From a virus (lineage: Duplodnaviria; Caudoviricetes), in IMG/VR virus record IMGVR_UViG_3300049930_000024, positions 1-37,704 of that record: 37,704 nt of DNA, one strand, 5' to 3'. Positions 24,408-34,754 of the stretch are shown here, piece by piece. Each line of letters begins with the position of its first letter. Positions within the stretch are counted from its first letter, which is position 1. The notes under the pieces were generated by a model. It did not search any database and was not told where the DNA came from. It was given only the letters and a program-made list of their open reading frames with translations. The translations under genes and the position numbers were made by a program.

Positions 24408-26531
24408 TTATGATAAAACAATTCCAAGCCTGGCATCAGCTGTATAATGAAAATTAATCAACCCCTGCGCCGATGTGGTTCCAACATCATGAACCACCGG
24501 GTGTAATACCGCTGCAGAATTTGGCGCAAATGTTTTCCCTGTTGTTTGGTTGTATAGTACAGTCCATGCCGTAATAGCCACATTTCCCGCGCCCCCGGTT
24601 TGCACTATGCCGTTGAACACGTTAATTCCTGTCACATTGTCTTGCGTTCCAGAACTACCAGACCATACAGTAAAAATAGGAACCATGAGTTTCATTTCTT
24701 TGTACTGTACGCCAAACGTTGTGGCAAAAAACCCGTCTTGGCCGCCTGAGTTTACAGCGCCCACTTGATAGAACGATAGGCCTCCGTTAAAGCCTTGTGG
24801 TTGAAATTGGCCTGCAGGTAAGCTGCTTTCATAATAATAGTATAATTGGCTTCGTGCTTCATCAGGTGTTAGCGGTGCTGGTCGTGTAGGTATATCACCA
24901 CCCACAAGGGATATGTATTCTAGCGTTAAATCCCGTCCCGCGGTGAATGTATCGAACGCCACCACTACCGCCAAATAAGTGGCGTCATTCTTGGCTACTA
25001 TGCCATTAAACCCAATAGCGTTTACAGCAACGTCGGATGTGGTTAATTGAAACGGTACGCTGGTTGGGTTTGATTCGTTAGCAACAGCATTCCAATTTCC
25101 GTGAATACCACCGCCACCAGCTGTTGGAACACCTGCCGTAATGGATGCCACTAGGGAATTAAAGTTAGGTGTCTTTAAATCAGGAAGCGTTACATCGTCC
25201 GTCCAAAAAAGACTTATTGTTCCTGATAAGGTGCCAACCGATACAAAACCTCGCAGCTGGATGGCGTTATGCTGTGATAAAATATCACGCGCTATCGCTT
25301 GCGGTAAATATTGAATAACCGCAAAGGATGTATCGAGTAATGGCGTTACAACAAAGCCACGACTCGCGCTATTTCGAGACCATTCAAGGCTGTCATCAGC
25401 TGATTGAAATAAAATAGTCTGATCCCATGCGTATTTTGATTTATTCACCCCGATACTAGTAGGGGTTAAAGTATCACCTGTCTCACCAAATTGCGCAGGA
25501 TTTAGCGAAAAATCCCATCCCGCGGTATAACTTGGTATTGGTTTGTACTCAATCCATGGTTTGTAATAATTGAATGTATGGTCAATTTGACGGTTAATTG
25601 AGTCTTGTTCAAAGCTTGGCTCAAAAGGCAAGTCTTGCACGACCAATTGAATACTGGTCACATAAATATCTATATTGCTTGGGATTGCCAATCGGTAATC
25701 AACGTATGCGGCAGGTGGCGTGTTGGGATTTTCTGTTTCAGGTAATTCGCCATAGTCTGTGTATTCGTTCCATTCTTCATTAATGACGGTTGGGCGAAGA
25801 ACCGATGCCAATACGTCACTATTTGAGTCCACCAATGTTGCGCTAATACGTTGAGGTGCGCCATCAAGGCGCGCGGTTATGGTTGATGATACTATTTTAT
25901 TTGCCCATAGCATGCCGTTTTGTTCAAACCGTTGTCGCAATACAACCGAATCGGTTGTCCATCCGTTGATGGTAATTCGCAACGCATAAGGTGCGTTGGA
26001 CGGGTTTGTATTGGAACTACTTAACGGTACTTGTGTTATGGTAACCGTACCGGTTCCGGCAAGTTCCAAATACCAACCCGGTGCGATGTTAATAGGATCG
26101 GGATTGGTGCCTGTAAACACGTACGGTGATGTAAAGTTAATAAGCGAAAATTGTGGGTTCGTTACCTGATTTGACGAGGCAAAAGCTACCGTATCAACAG
26201 GTATGGAACCATCCGATCCGGGAATATAATCATTAACCTCGTAGATTAAAGGGTCGTTTTGTGACGGTGGGTTAACACCATTATTTTGACGAAACTCAAG
26301 ACGATACACGGTATCAGGCGCAAAAAAGATGTCGACAGGGAGCGTACCGTTCCCCAAAAACCGTATTGGATTAGTCCATGGAATATTCATATCCGGATCG
26401 TGCCAAACCGTTTCTGGAATATAAGGAATTGTATTTTCAAGCACGTACATATAGAACGTGTCATCGAATAAATTGCCCTGTAGGTCGGCCAATAGCCATA
26501 TAGGATTACTGCCCCGGATTCCCAAACTCAT
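24408..26531 (-). CDS. Tailspike/tail appendage with P22-like head-binding N-terminus
   Basis: VWHDP..IPWTNPIRF.GNG resembles podovirus particle-attachment domains; follows the ejection genes as P22 gene 9 does. Confidence 0.7.
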   Translation of the reverse strand: MSLGIRGSNPIWLLADLQGNLFDDTFYMYVLENTIPYIPETVWHDPDMNIPWTNPIRFLGNGTLPVDIFFAPDTVYRLEFRQNNGVNPPSQNDPLIYEVNDYIPGSDGSIPVDTVAFASSNQVTNPQFSLINFTSPYVFTGTNPDPINIAPGWYLELAGTGTVTITQVPLSSSNTNPSNAPYALRITINGWTTDSVVLRQRFEQNGMLWANKIVSSTITARLDGAPQRISATLVDSNSDVLASVLRPTVINEEWNEYTDYGELPETENPNTPPAAYVDYRLAIPSNIDIYVTSIQLVVQDLPFEPSFEQDSINRQIDHTFNYYKPWIEYKPIPSYTAGWDFSLNPAQFGETGDTLTPTSIGVNKSKYAWDQTILFQSADDSLEWSRNSASRGFVVTPLLDTSFAVIQYLPQAIARDILSQHNAIQLRGFVSVGTLSGTISLFWTDDVTLPDLKTPNFNSLVASITAGVPTAGGGGIHGNWNAVANESNPTSVPFQLTTSDVAVNAIGFNGIVAKNDATYLAVVVAFDTFTAGRDLTLEYISLVGGDIPTRPAPLTPDEARSQLYYYYESSLPAGQFQPQGFNGGLSFYQVGAVNSGGQDGFFATTFGVQYKEMKLMVPIFTVWSGSSGTQDNVTGINVFNGIVQTGGAGNVAITAWTVLYNQTTGKTFAPNSAAVLHPVVHDVGTTSAQGLINFHYTADARLGIVLS

Positions 26532-26599
26532 AATTAGTCCTTATTATGCTTGATTTTTGTCCATTACATGGTCTATACTCAAATTTTGAGGAGTAGACT

Positions 26600-26722
26600 A
26601 TGTTATTATTTTTCTTTATATTCGGTGTATCTTGTTTAGCTTTATCCTATGTGCTTGAAAAAACATCCCCTTGCTGTGAAGCCAGCGCATCTAGTATTAA
26701 ATGTGTGTGCAATCAATATTAA
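26600..26722 (+). CDS. Opposite-strand moron: 40-aa membrane-anchored Cys-rich peptide, not in ORF track
   Basis: Promoter TTGATT-18 bp-TATACT (26550-26579), GAGGAG RBS, MLLFFFIFGVSCLALSYVLEKTSPCCEASASSIKCVCNQY. Confidence 0.65.
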   Translation: MLLFFFIFGVSCLALSYVLEKTSPCCEASASSIKCVCNQY

Positions 26723-27681
26723 TCCGATAATGCTTTTTTACCTTTATTGTACGCAAAACCTAGAGAAGTTAATATCGTTGTTGGAATACCTAAATACTTT
26801 ATAACGGGCATTGCTGCATTCATTACTTGTTTGTATTGGCGATAATTATTAATCCCATTTCGTAACATATCAGCCTCATTATGCATTCCAGAAGTCCTTA
26901 GAGCGCCCTCTAATTCACCAAGCATATTTTGTTTTAACTCACCAGCCCTAGGTGCTAGTAATCGCTCTGAGGCCAATGGAGACTTAGCCAGGTCGCGCTG
27001 ATGTTTTCCTATTTGAGACTGCGTGGAAAATGAAGATGGGTAATGACCGGCATTACTTCTGGCTAACATTTCCTCGGTTGCATGGCTTCGAGGTAAATAA
27101 TTTCTAGCCTCGGCTTCAGTAGATGGGTGAAAGCTAAAATTATTCACGCCTCGTTGTTCTATAGCACGTGCTACTTGATCAAGGTGATGTGCGCCGGTTA
27201 AGCGTCTAAATCCGCCTCGCAAAAGCCCTAATCCTCCAATTATATCAGGAGCATATTCAGTGCCTTTCTGAATAAATTTATCCATCATAGTTCCTTCGCC
27301 TTTCTGACCAAACACATCAGCATAGCTTTGATCGTCGTAGGGTAAGTGTTCGGATAATTTAAATGTATTATCAGATTTTTGTTGTTGTTTCCAGTAGGGA
27401 TCTTTGCCCATATACCAATTATTTAAACCCTCAATGCCTGCCGCAATATCATGGGGAAGATTATGTAAGTTTCTGGCCGCATGCGTTAAACCAATGCCAA
27501 AAGATCGCAATGGATGCGACCCCTCGGGTGCAGGCAAATTATCAAGATAATCTCCATCATCCTCAATAGGATCATCATTTGAGTTTAACTGCTCCAATAA
27601 ATTAGGATCGGTCACTTTTTGGCGCGGACTTTCCCCTAATTGTGCAAGCAACGCAGGATCGGTAACTTTTTGTCTAGTCAT
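26719..27681 (-). CDS. DNA ejection/internal virion protein 3
   Basis: Third helical gene of the ejection block; starts MTRQKVTDP with a duplicated RQKVTDPxLLxQL. Confidence 0.65.
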   Translation of the reverse strand: MTRQKVTDPALLAQLGESPRQKVTDPNLLEQLNSNDDPIEDDGDYLDNLPAPEGSHPLRSFGIGLTHAARNLHNLPHDIAAGIEGLNNWYMGKDPYWKQQQKSDNTFKLSEHLPYDDQSYADVFGQKGEGTMMDKFIQKGTEYAPDIIGGLGLLRGGFRRLTGAHHLDQVARAIEQRGVNNFSFHPSTEAEARNYLPRSHATEEMLARSNAGHYPSSFSTQSQIGKHQRDLAKSPLASERLLAPRAGELKQNMLGELEGALRTSGMHNEADMLRNGINNYRQYKQVMNAAMPVIKYLGIPTTILTSLGFAYNKGKKALSD

Positions 27682-29323
27682 GCTCCCACCCCCCTTGATC
27701 ATCAGGATAATACGTTACTCCGTTAATAACCTTCGTCTCTTTTTTATCGGTCGTCCCTTCTAACTGCTCTTGCTCGTATTGTGCTTGACGCTCAGGGTTA
27801 TAATAATATTTTTGGGTTGCTGGAGTTCCTTTGCGCGCTTTTTTCCTTGCGTCCGATAATAGTTTTTGGTAACGCATGCCCGCTTTAAGCTGTGCACTAG
27901 GTGGAACACCATATTCTTTTATAACTTTTTTAATCATTTTTGGAATATCTTGTGCCTCAAGAGACTCTTTAAGCATTTTATAAGTAGTATTTGTTTTACC
28001 TGCTTTAAGAGTGGACGCCTCGTTCACAGTGGTTGCCGCTATAGCTTTGTCTGACAAAAGAAGATTATCAAAAAGCTCCCTCGCTTTAGGATCGGTTTTG
28101 TAATTCGCAGCAGCTTGTTGTAATCGACCTATAGAGCCTTCACCAGAAAAAGGAGCACCACCCTTATACACGTAAGGATAAAACTCATTAAATAAAATAT
28201 TTCCCTCTTCGGCTTCACGCTCTTTGGCCGTCAAAGGAATTTCTTTACCTAAAGGCTCGCCTGTTTTTTCATCAAAAAACTCTTTTTCACCTACTTTTAA
28301 TCCCGCTTTAGTTCGCGCACGTAAATCACGTAAGTCTTTTTTAGCGTCTAACGTAGCATCATAAGCGGCTTTAGCATTTCTATATACTTCACTGTCTTCA
28401 CCCGCTTCTTGTTTAAGACGGGCTAAGTCTGCGGCGTCACGCGCAGGGCCTCGTAACGCATTTTCTTTACCCGCAGTAGGGTGCTCTATATCAAATAATT
28501 TATTAGCTTGATGTAATCTGATTTGATTTTGTAATTTTTCTTCAGGTGTTTCAGGAACGGGTGCTCCGGGATCAAATCCGAATTTCTTTTTAAACCATCC
28601 CCGTAATATAGGGCTTTTTTTAATAGCCTCCATATCAATACCACCCGATCCTTTTTTTGAGTTGGCCGCATCATACTCACTAATAATAGCAGGGTTCATT
28701 TGAGGTATTTGATTGGCATTATTAGGAGTGGGTTTATTTGCAACGCTTTGTATAAAACTTTGCAAAGGATTCTGTTGCCCCTGCATTGAACCTGCACCCA
28801 TCGCATCGTGAACACCGGGTATAACGCTTTCAGAATTAGTTGTTATACCCATAGCATCGCTTATGGATGGAATTTGACTCTCATCGCTTATAGAGGGGAT
28901 TTGACTCTCTTGAATCGGATCATCAGGCAATGGATTATTAGGGTTGGCGCCAAACTGTTGACCAATACTAGGTATATACGAGGGCATATCCTTGGCCATG
29001 GTTTCTGTTTGAGGAGCGCCTCCTTCACCAAAAGCTTCCATCATCTTTTTTAAATTATTAATTTCATACATAGGATCGTTAGAGTTTTTTAATTTTAATA
29101 TTTGTTGCTCTAACATCATTTTATGAAGTGGCGCCAATGAAGCCGCACGCGCAGACGCTGCCTGTTGCAAAGCCTGCGAATCTTTATGTATCTTCATTTG
29201 TTGCGCTAATTGCTCGCGCTGAATAATAGGATGCATCATCTTCGCAAACATATTAGACCCGGTATCAATACCTTTCAGTAGCGCATCCCCCGGTAAGGAC
29301 GGCATTCGGATATTAGACGCCAT
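27674..29323 (-). CDS. DNA ejection/internal virion protein 2
   Basis: Q/A/K-rich helical protein at the P22 gp20 position. Confidence 0.65.
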   Translation of the reverse strand: MASNIRMPSLPGDALLKGIDTGSNMFAKMMHPIIQREQLAQQMKIHKDSQALQQAASARAASLAPLHKMMLEQQILKLKNSNDPMYEINNLKKMMEAFGEGGAPQTETMAKDMPSYIPSIGQQFGANPNNPLPDDPIQESQIPSISDESQIPSISDAMGITTNSESVIPGVHDAMGAGSMQGQQNPLQSFIQSVANKPTPNNANQIPQMNPAIISEYDAANSKKGSGGIDMEAIKKSPILRGWFKKKFGFDPGAPVPETPEEKLQNQIRLHQANKLFDIEHPTAGKENALRGPARDAADLARLKQEAGEDSEVYRNAKAAYDATLDAKKDLRDLRARTKAGLKVGEKEFFDEKTGEPLGKEIPLTAKEREAEEGNILFNEFYPYVYKGGAPFSGEGSIGRLQQAAANYKTDPKARELFDNLLLSDKAIAATTVNEASTLKAGKTNTTYKMLKESLEAQDIPKMIKKVIKEYGVPPSAQLKAGMRYQKLLSDARKKARKGTPATQKYYYNPERQAQYEQEQLEGTTDKKETKVINGVTYYPDDQGGWEHD

Positions 29324-29943
29324 TATTTACCCCCTGCAATATTCCATCGTGTCGCTAACGCACCGCCTATTGGACCACCTAAAGCACTACCCGCTAAACC
29401 TATGCCCGCACCCAATATGTTACCAAGCGTACTACCGCCCGCATTTTGCTGACCAAATTGCATTTGCGCTGAGTTATTTCCCTGCGTCATCGCATTGTTA
29501 CTCATTTGTCCCGCAGCACCGGCACCGGTTCCGTAAATACCTTGCGCAAGACCCGCGCCTGTTTTGTATTTTTCCATTAAGTCATTTAAATAGTTTTGTC
29601 TGTCGTTTAAACCAATTTGTGTGGTTCCGGCTTGCGTTGCGTTCAACGCGGTATTTGATCCCATAAGACCCATAGAGCTAGCAGCGTTTAAACCGTGCTC
29701 TTGCGCCATCTTTTCCGCTTGTATAGCTTGAGGGCTTTCGGTGTAACTTTCCGCCCACTTACTTTGCAATGCAGCGGGATCCATTAAACTATTAATGTAA
29801 TTGTTTAAATTACCGTACTGCTCCTGTCCCTGTTGATTATAGGGATCTAACGCGCCTTGGGCTTGCCCATAATATTTATCATATTGCTGTTGACCCGCTT
29901 CATAGCCTTTGCCGGGGTGTAAAAAACTTGATAGCCAGCTCAT
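29323..29943 (-). CDS. DNA ejection protein (P22 gp7-like)
   Basis: G/Q/A-rich, LDPYNQQG motif and Gly-rich hydrophobic C-terminus; synteny. Confidence 0.75.
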   Translation of the reverse strand: MSWLSSFLHPGKGYEAGQQQYDKYYGQAQGALDPYNQQGQEQYGNLNNYINSLMDPAALQSKWAESYTESPQAIQAEKMAQEHGLNAASSMGLMGSNTALNATQAGTTQIGLNDRQNYLNDLMEKYKTGAGLAQGIYGTGAGAAGQMSNNAMTQGNNSAQMQFGQQNAGGSTLGNILGAGIGLAGSALGGPIGGALATRWNIAGGK

Positions 29944-29954
29944 AGTTCATCTCC

Positions 29955-30248
29955 TTATGGATAAGCGGCTGTCGTAAATTGAACGAGCGCCCCGCCCTGC
30001 TTCCCTACATAGACGTTATTTGTTGTATCATACAACAAAATTCCATTGCCTAAATCACCGTCAGATTCCATCTGGGCAATTTGTACGGCGGTATAGCTCA
30101 TAGCGTTTAATAAATTAAATGCATCTTGTATGTCGTTAATGTTTTCGTTCAAACTATCTACCAACACCCATATCCATTGCAAAAATTGCGGATCAAAATT
30201 GCTGTTAGCCACCGGGGCTGCATCAACCCTATCTAAAAATAAAGTCAT
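29955..30248 (-). CDS. Small tail-associated protein
   Basis: TAATG-coupled to the gp10-like gene; at the P22 gp26 position. Confidence 0.6.
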   Translation of the reverse strand: MTLFLDRVDAAPVANSNFDPQFLQWIWVLVDSLNENINDIQDAFNLLNAMSYTAVQIAQMESDGDLGNGILLYDTTNNVYVGKQGGALVQFTTAAYP

Positions 30249-32041
30249 TAATTAGCCCCTCCGCTTACACGCCGTGTATTGCGAACCGCACCCAATATCA
30301 CAATAGGCGCGGAGCTTACGCAAACCAGCCTATAACAACGGTTTCTGCTACAGGCCAGCTCATACCAGCGCATACGCCAGCGGTATTGGCCAAGCTGACT
30401 AAACGGCCTTACGTCGGCAGGAATGAACGTCTCCCCGCCATCATCAGAATAATACAACTCAAGGTAAGGTTTAAATAAAGCGTTATAATGATTGTCATCA
30501 AAAGCGGGTGTGTTTGATCCCTCAGTAATAAGGTATTTATCATCCTCTGACAAAATATATATAGGGTTCTCAGGTGTGCTCTCTTCGGCCACAATATACG
30601 TCGTGTTAGCAAACGGTGCAGTGCTCTCATAAAACGTCTTATTCCCAAAAACAAAGTCAATCTCAACATATTCGTCCTCAAATTCAGAATAATCCGGCTG
30701 AAAAATTTGTTTCGTTACTAACTCATAACGCATTGGGTATTTTAAAAACGCATCATCAGCTAACGCATCAGGCTGATCAGGGTTACGTAATTCATTATGG
30801 TAGATATTGCCCGCCATCTGATATATGGCCGAATCACCCTGGACTATAACCAAATGCTGGTTATTAAAATAAACATGTTTTTGGATGCGATTACGTTCAC
30901 CGTTTAACTCAATGACACGACCCCACTTGCCTGTTTCAAAATTGTACTCAACAGAATTGGCCGTATCAACAATGTCTAATTCACCAAAGTCAACGAATTT
31001 GCCCGCAACAGCTCTATAAAATATAGTATTCTCATATTGGTACAAAAACCCATCGACCTCAGATCGCAAAAACGGACTTAACGTATCAGGGTGGGTCGAA
31101 TTCTCAAGCAATACGTTAATCGCTTGCGACGATATATCTTGAGGCGCTTGCCCATTGCTCATCATAAACGAAACAAGCCCGTTGCTGTTTTTAGCAAGCC
31201 AAACCATCATCCCAAAATCAACCGATAAACTGTTCGGATCGGCAATACCAAAATCAAAATTGTACGAGCTGTTAATTTTCCAAGGAAACTCACGGGTTAC
31301 GCTGCCAACCGTAATTTGGGTAATAATATTTGCCCAAACGTCCGTGCTAAAGTCGTTCATAATATAAAGCTGGTTATGTAATACCGCAAATTGCCCAATC
31401 ACACCGGAAGCACGGGCGTTCAAGGCCGCGGCAAGAGACGGATCGGTAAAATAGGTATTAGCATTACCCGAAAGGTTAATTTGTGACAAATAAAAGTCAG
31501 GCGTATCCGCTACACTTACGACAAAGCGGTTACCAAACGCTGCAACATAAAGCGGTTTACCGCCCGTTGTTGACCCGCCCGGTGCGTTTGGATCGGTAAC
31601 CACCTCCGCCGTAACCGCCGCCCCATCTTCGCGTATGACAAATATATTATTCTGATCGGTCATCATATTGTATACAATTGACCCCACCGCCAATGTAGCC
31701 CACCAAATAGGCGTGCCAAGTGCTACGTTGATGGGTAAGGTTTTACGGCTATAAAACCGGTCGTATTGATACACCGAGGTACCGTCTACCACGTATAAAT
31801 AATTAATTGACTTGTACTCAACACGGGGCTGTGCGTTAAAAACAAGCCGGTTTTGATTTAAAAACCGGATATGTTGACGCCCCATAGCAGGATATAGTGC
31901 TTGCTGATCTTTACCGGACTCACATTGAATACCATACCAATTGGCACAGTCCATTGCGCCAAATTGCGTAAAACGCTGTTTGTCGTAATAACAAAAAATA
32001 GGTAACTTTTCTATTTGAGCGCCATCGGGATTTTTAGCCAT
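30248..32041 (-). CDS. Tail hub / DNA stabilization protein (P22 gp10-like)
   Basis: About 600 aa beta-rich protein with YSDDGGETF and GQYRWRMRW C-terminal motifs; synteny. Confidence 0.85.
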   Translation of the reverse strand: MAKNPDGAQIEKLPIFCYYDKQRFTQFGAMDCANWYGIQCESGKDQQALYPAMGRQHIRFLNQNRLVFNAQPRVEYKSINYLYVVDGTSVYQYDRFYSRKTLPINVALGTPIWWATLAVGSIVYNMMTDQNNIFVIREDGAAVTAEVVTDPNAPGGSTTGGKPLYVAAFGNRFVVSVADTPDFYLSQINLSGNANTYFTDPSLAAALNARASGVIGQFAVLHNQLYIMNDFSTDVWANIITQITVGSVTREFPWKINSSYNFDFGIADPNSLSVDFGMMVWLAKNSNGLVSFMMSNGQAPQDISSQAINVLLENSTHPDTLSPFLRSEVDGFLYQYENTIFYRAVAGKFVDFGELDIVDTANSVEYNFETGKWGRVIELNGERNRIQKHVYFNNQHLVIVQGDSAIYQMAGNIYHNELRNPDQPDALADDAFLKYPMRYELVTKQIFQPDYSEFEDEYVEIDFVFGNKTFYESTAPFANTTYIVAEESTPENPIYILSEDDKYLITEGSNTPAFDDNHYNALFKPYLELYYSDDGGETFIPADVRPFSQLGQYRWRMRWYELACSRNRCYRLVCVSSAPIVILGAVRNTRRVSGGAN

Positions 32042-32985
32042 TATATCCCCGCCCGTGTGCGCCAAGCGCCGTTTAATAATGATTGCTGATCGCCGCTAAT
32101 AGATAAATTAACCTCCGAGGCCGCTTCCATATTATCCTTAAGCTCCCGGTAATCTGCCTCTAAATCAGGCGTCCATGCAGAACCACGTCCCTTAAACTTC
32201 GATACATATTTTGCTACTGCATACAATAAAAACAGCTCAAAATACTCCGGCAATCCTTCCAGAGTATCATTGGATGTCAAAATTGTTTTTTGAAACTTAC
32301 CCCGCGCAAAGAATGTATAAAACTGACTTGGTGCGGGGTATAGTTGCGCCCGTACAATATTCGTATCGGGAAACGTAATAATAAAGCGCGGCAAACCTTG
32401 TAACGGCTCATATTTCCATGCCGCCAAGAATTCATCACGGCTTTTATCAATCAGAGGATAGGTAACCCCTGATAAAACAAGCCATGCGTTGTCTAAGTTA
32501 GCCAAACGTCCTTCTTTGATATACACCACGTTAGGATGCGGAACTTCCGTTGAAAAAGTAAGGATAGAATTGCCGTTAAGCGTTGCGTTATGGCTTATAG
32601 TAACCACGTTACCCGTGATATCAATAATGTATGTAAGCGCTGGAATTCCGCCCCCCGATACGCCATCGCCTACGGTATAAAGCGACCCGTCTGCAACACT
32701 AAACACAGGAGATGCCGCAACCAAGCCCACCGTTTCTGTTTGGGTGGTTACAGGACCCACATAATTGGGATCGGTAAAATAAATCTCTTTGACAGGTAGG
32801 TTAATATCAACCGACACTGTTTTGGCAATAGTTAGCATTAAGCCTGACGATGCGTAATTGTTTAAAATTTGGTTCATAACGCGAATAGCCAGCTTCTCAT
32901 CATCCCCGTGCAACGGTATTGTTGGGTTTGAGGCCGTTATTAGTCGATACATTTGATAAACAAACTCACGAACCGTTGATGCCAT
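32041..32985 (-). CDS. Head-to-tail adaptor (P22 gp4-like) with inserted beta domain
   Basis: Helical N-terminus, LYPAP, GLPEYFELFLLYAVA; synteny. Confidence 0.7.
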   Translation of the reverse strand: MASTVREFVYQMYRLITASNPTIPLHGDDEKLAIRVMNQILNNYASSGLMLTIAKTVSVDINLPVKEIYFTDPNYVGPVTTQTETVGLVAASPVFSVADGSLYTVGDGVSGGGIPALTYIIDITGNVVTISHNATLNGNSILTFSTEVPHPNVVYIKEGRLANLDNAWLVLSGVTYPLIDKSRDEFLAAWKYEPLQGLPRFIITFPDTNIVRAQLYPAPSQFYTFFARGKFQKTILTSNDTLEGLPEYFELFLLYAVAKYVSKFKGRGSAWTPDLEADYRELKDNMEAASEVNLSISGDQQSLLNGAWRTRAGI

Positions 32986-32987
32986 TG

Positions 32988-33317
32988 CTAATCCTTAGGT
33001 AAAAAATCATCCGTTACTTCAAACGCCAAGTCATCAGGCACGTGTTCGTCACATTCTTCTTTAAGGAGCTCGTCTACTTCGCTCAATACACCCACAGGCT
33101 CTTTCGCCTTTTTTTGGCGTGTCTTAGGCTTTGGCGCGCTTTGTTTGCTAACAATTGCATCGTTGCGTGTTGCAAACCAAACGCCTGACTGCATATTTGC
33201 TTCAAATTCGTCCCATGATTCAACCAATCTCTGGCGCCCATCGGGTGCGTATATAAACGCTCTAAAATTCTCTTTAGATACAGGTCGACCTAAATAAAGT
33301 GCTGGTGATCCTTCCAT
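32988..33317 (-). CDS. Hypothetical protein after the coat gene
   Basis: True start probably MEGSP at 33317 (GGAG RBS); the track's extension runs through the terminator. Confidence 0.65.
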   Translation of the reverse strand: MEGSPALYLGRPVSKENFRAFIYAPDGRQRLVESWDEFEANMQSGVWFATRNDAIVSKQSAPKPKTRQKKAKEPVGVLSEVDELLKEECDEHVPDDLAFEVTDDFLPKD

Positions 33318-33339
33318 AAAACTAACTCCGGTAATAACA

Positions 33340-33368
33340 AAAAAAGCTCCTGTAATAACACAGGAGCT
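33340..33368 (-). terminator. Rho-independent terminator after the coat gene
   Basis: Minus strand AGCTCCTGT-loop-ACAGGAGCT followed by T-tract. Confidence 0.85.
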
Positions 33369-33379
33369 CATGTAATAAC

Positions 33380-34618
33380 TTAGCTACAGATTCGAACCGC
33401 AAACTCAGGGTTAATAGCCACACCGCATATTAAATCGATACGATCTAACTGCTCATAGTTACGGATGTCCGCACCTAAAGAGTAGGTCATAGCCAATTTA
33501 TAGAGGTCTGAGTATCGTGTAACCGCTTCAACACCACCGCGTAGTTCTTTCAAAGGAGGCGCTGCGAATACAACCGCTTGAGAGTGGTATGCCAAAGATA
33601 CGTTATGACTATCACGTAGCAATATTTGCGCACCATTTGGAATGGCTGCAGAAATATTTTGACGCGCACCGTCAATAACGATAGTGGGGTTAACAGGAAT
33701 ATCTGCGGTACCACCGCCTGTAGAGATAACGTCTGCTGTTACTACGAACTGCGCACGTTGCTCTAAGCTATCGTATGTCAGCGGGTTAACCATAAACACG
33801 CCAGCAGCATCATCAATTTCAATGATATCGCCTTTACGAAACGCCAAAGTACTGACGACTAAGCCCGTTACAGATATGGTATTTCCGCCAACGATTGGGC
33901 CGTTGGTTACAGTACCACCTAGCTTAAAGCCTGCAGGGGGTGCACCACCCGCTTGCCCTGCGCCGGCAATTTGACGCGTCAAGAAATTGGTCTTGAAGAA
34001 GTCAAAGCCTGACAGATGGCCTACGAACCCATCAATCAACGCACCGGTGTTTACGGTGTTGTTGAATGTGGTGTAGAGATCGTTGGACAAGTTAGCAGCA
34101 ATACGTGGACCAACACCCGCATAACGCTTACCGTCTTCAGGAATTGCAAGCTCGGTCATGTACGCGTCAGCGTCTAAAATAGTGTTAAAGTCAACAGGAA
34201 CACCCGGTGTACCAACGGCCTGATATGTTTTGGTCTGAAACTCAGAAGCAATGAATTTCTCAACCAAGTTACCCAAGCGCTTAGCACGAGGGGCGTTCGC
34301 CATTTCCAAATACGGCTCGTCACGAGCTCTATCGAATGTCAGGTTAAAGCCTGTGTATTCGATCATGGTGCGGAATTGTTTGGTAATTGATAGCGGTCTA
34401 ATAATTTGTACGCGCGCTTCAGCTGTAGCTGACGCACCTTCACCCGCTAAATAGCGCTCTTCCAAGCGATAATCCAGGGTTTGACCGGTTGCAAAGCGTA
34501 AATTCTTAAAATCACCTTCAAGATTTCTATTCGATGTTCTTGCAAAAGATAGTGAGTTCCAAAACCGTACGAATACGTCATCCAAGACGTACTGCGTCTC
34601 TCTAAAGACGTTAGCCAT
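33380..34618 (-). CDS. Major capsid protein (P22 coat gp5-like)
   Basis: 412 aa; MAN start, GQTL, I-domain-like GDII...QFVVTAD, SLAYH and RIDLICG. Confidence 0.92.
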   Translation of the reverse strand: MANVFRETQYVLDDVFVRFWNSLSFARTSNRNLEGDFKNLRFATGQTLDYRLEERYLAGEGASATAEARVQIIRPLSITKQFRTMIEYTGFNLTFDRARDEPYLEMANAPRAKRLGNLVEKFIASEFQTKTYQAVGTPGVPVDFNTILDADAYMTELAIPEDGKRYAGVGPRIAANLSNDLYTTFNNTVNTGALIDGFVGHLSGFDFFKTNFLTRQIAGAGQAGGAPPAGFKLGGTVTNGPIVGGNTISVTGLVVSTLAFRKGDIIEIDDAAGVFMVNPLTYDSLEQRAQFVVTADVISTGGGTADIPVNPTIVIDGARQNISAAIPNGAQILLRDSHNVSLAYHSQAVVFAAPPLKELRGGVEAVTRYSDLYKLAMTYSLGADIRNYEQLDRIDLICGVAINPEFAVRICS

Positions 34619-34754
34619 GTATGTTCTCCATGAACAAATTAATAAATACCCGCAATTGGGTTCCTATTTCATTTGTCCGACGGTCGACAATGACATCTAA
34701 ATACGCGTCTATAGGTACAGCGTGGGTGATGGAGTCCCTTACTCATCAATTTGA

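Noticed and set aside
28850-28910. ESQIPSISD tandem duplication in ejection protein 2
   Set aside because: A single short in-frame duplication in a low-complexity linker, most likely replication slippage.
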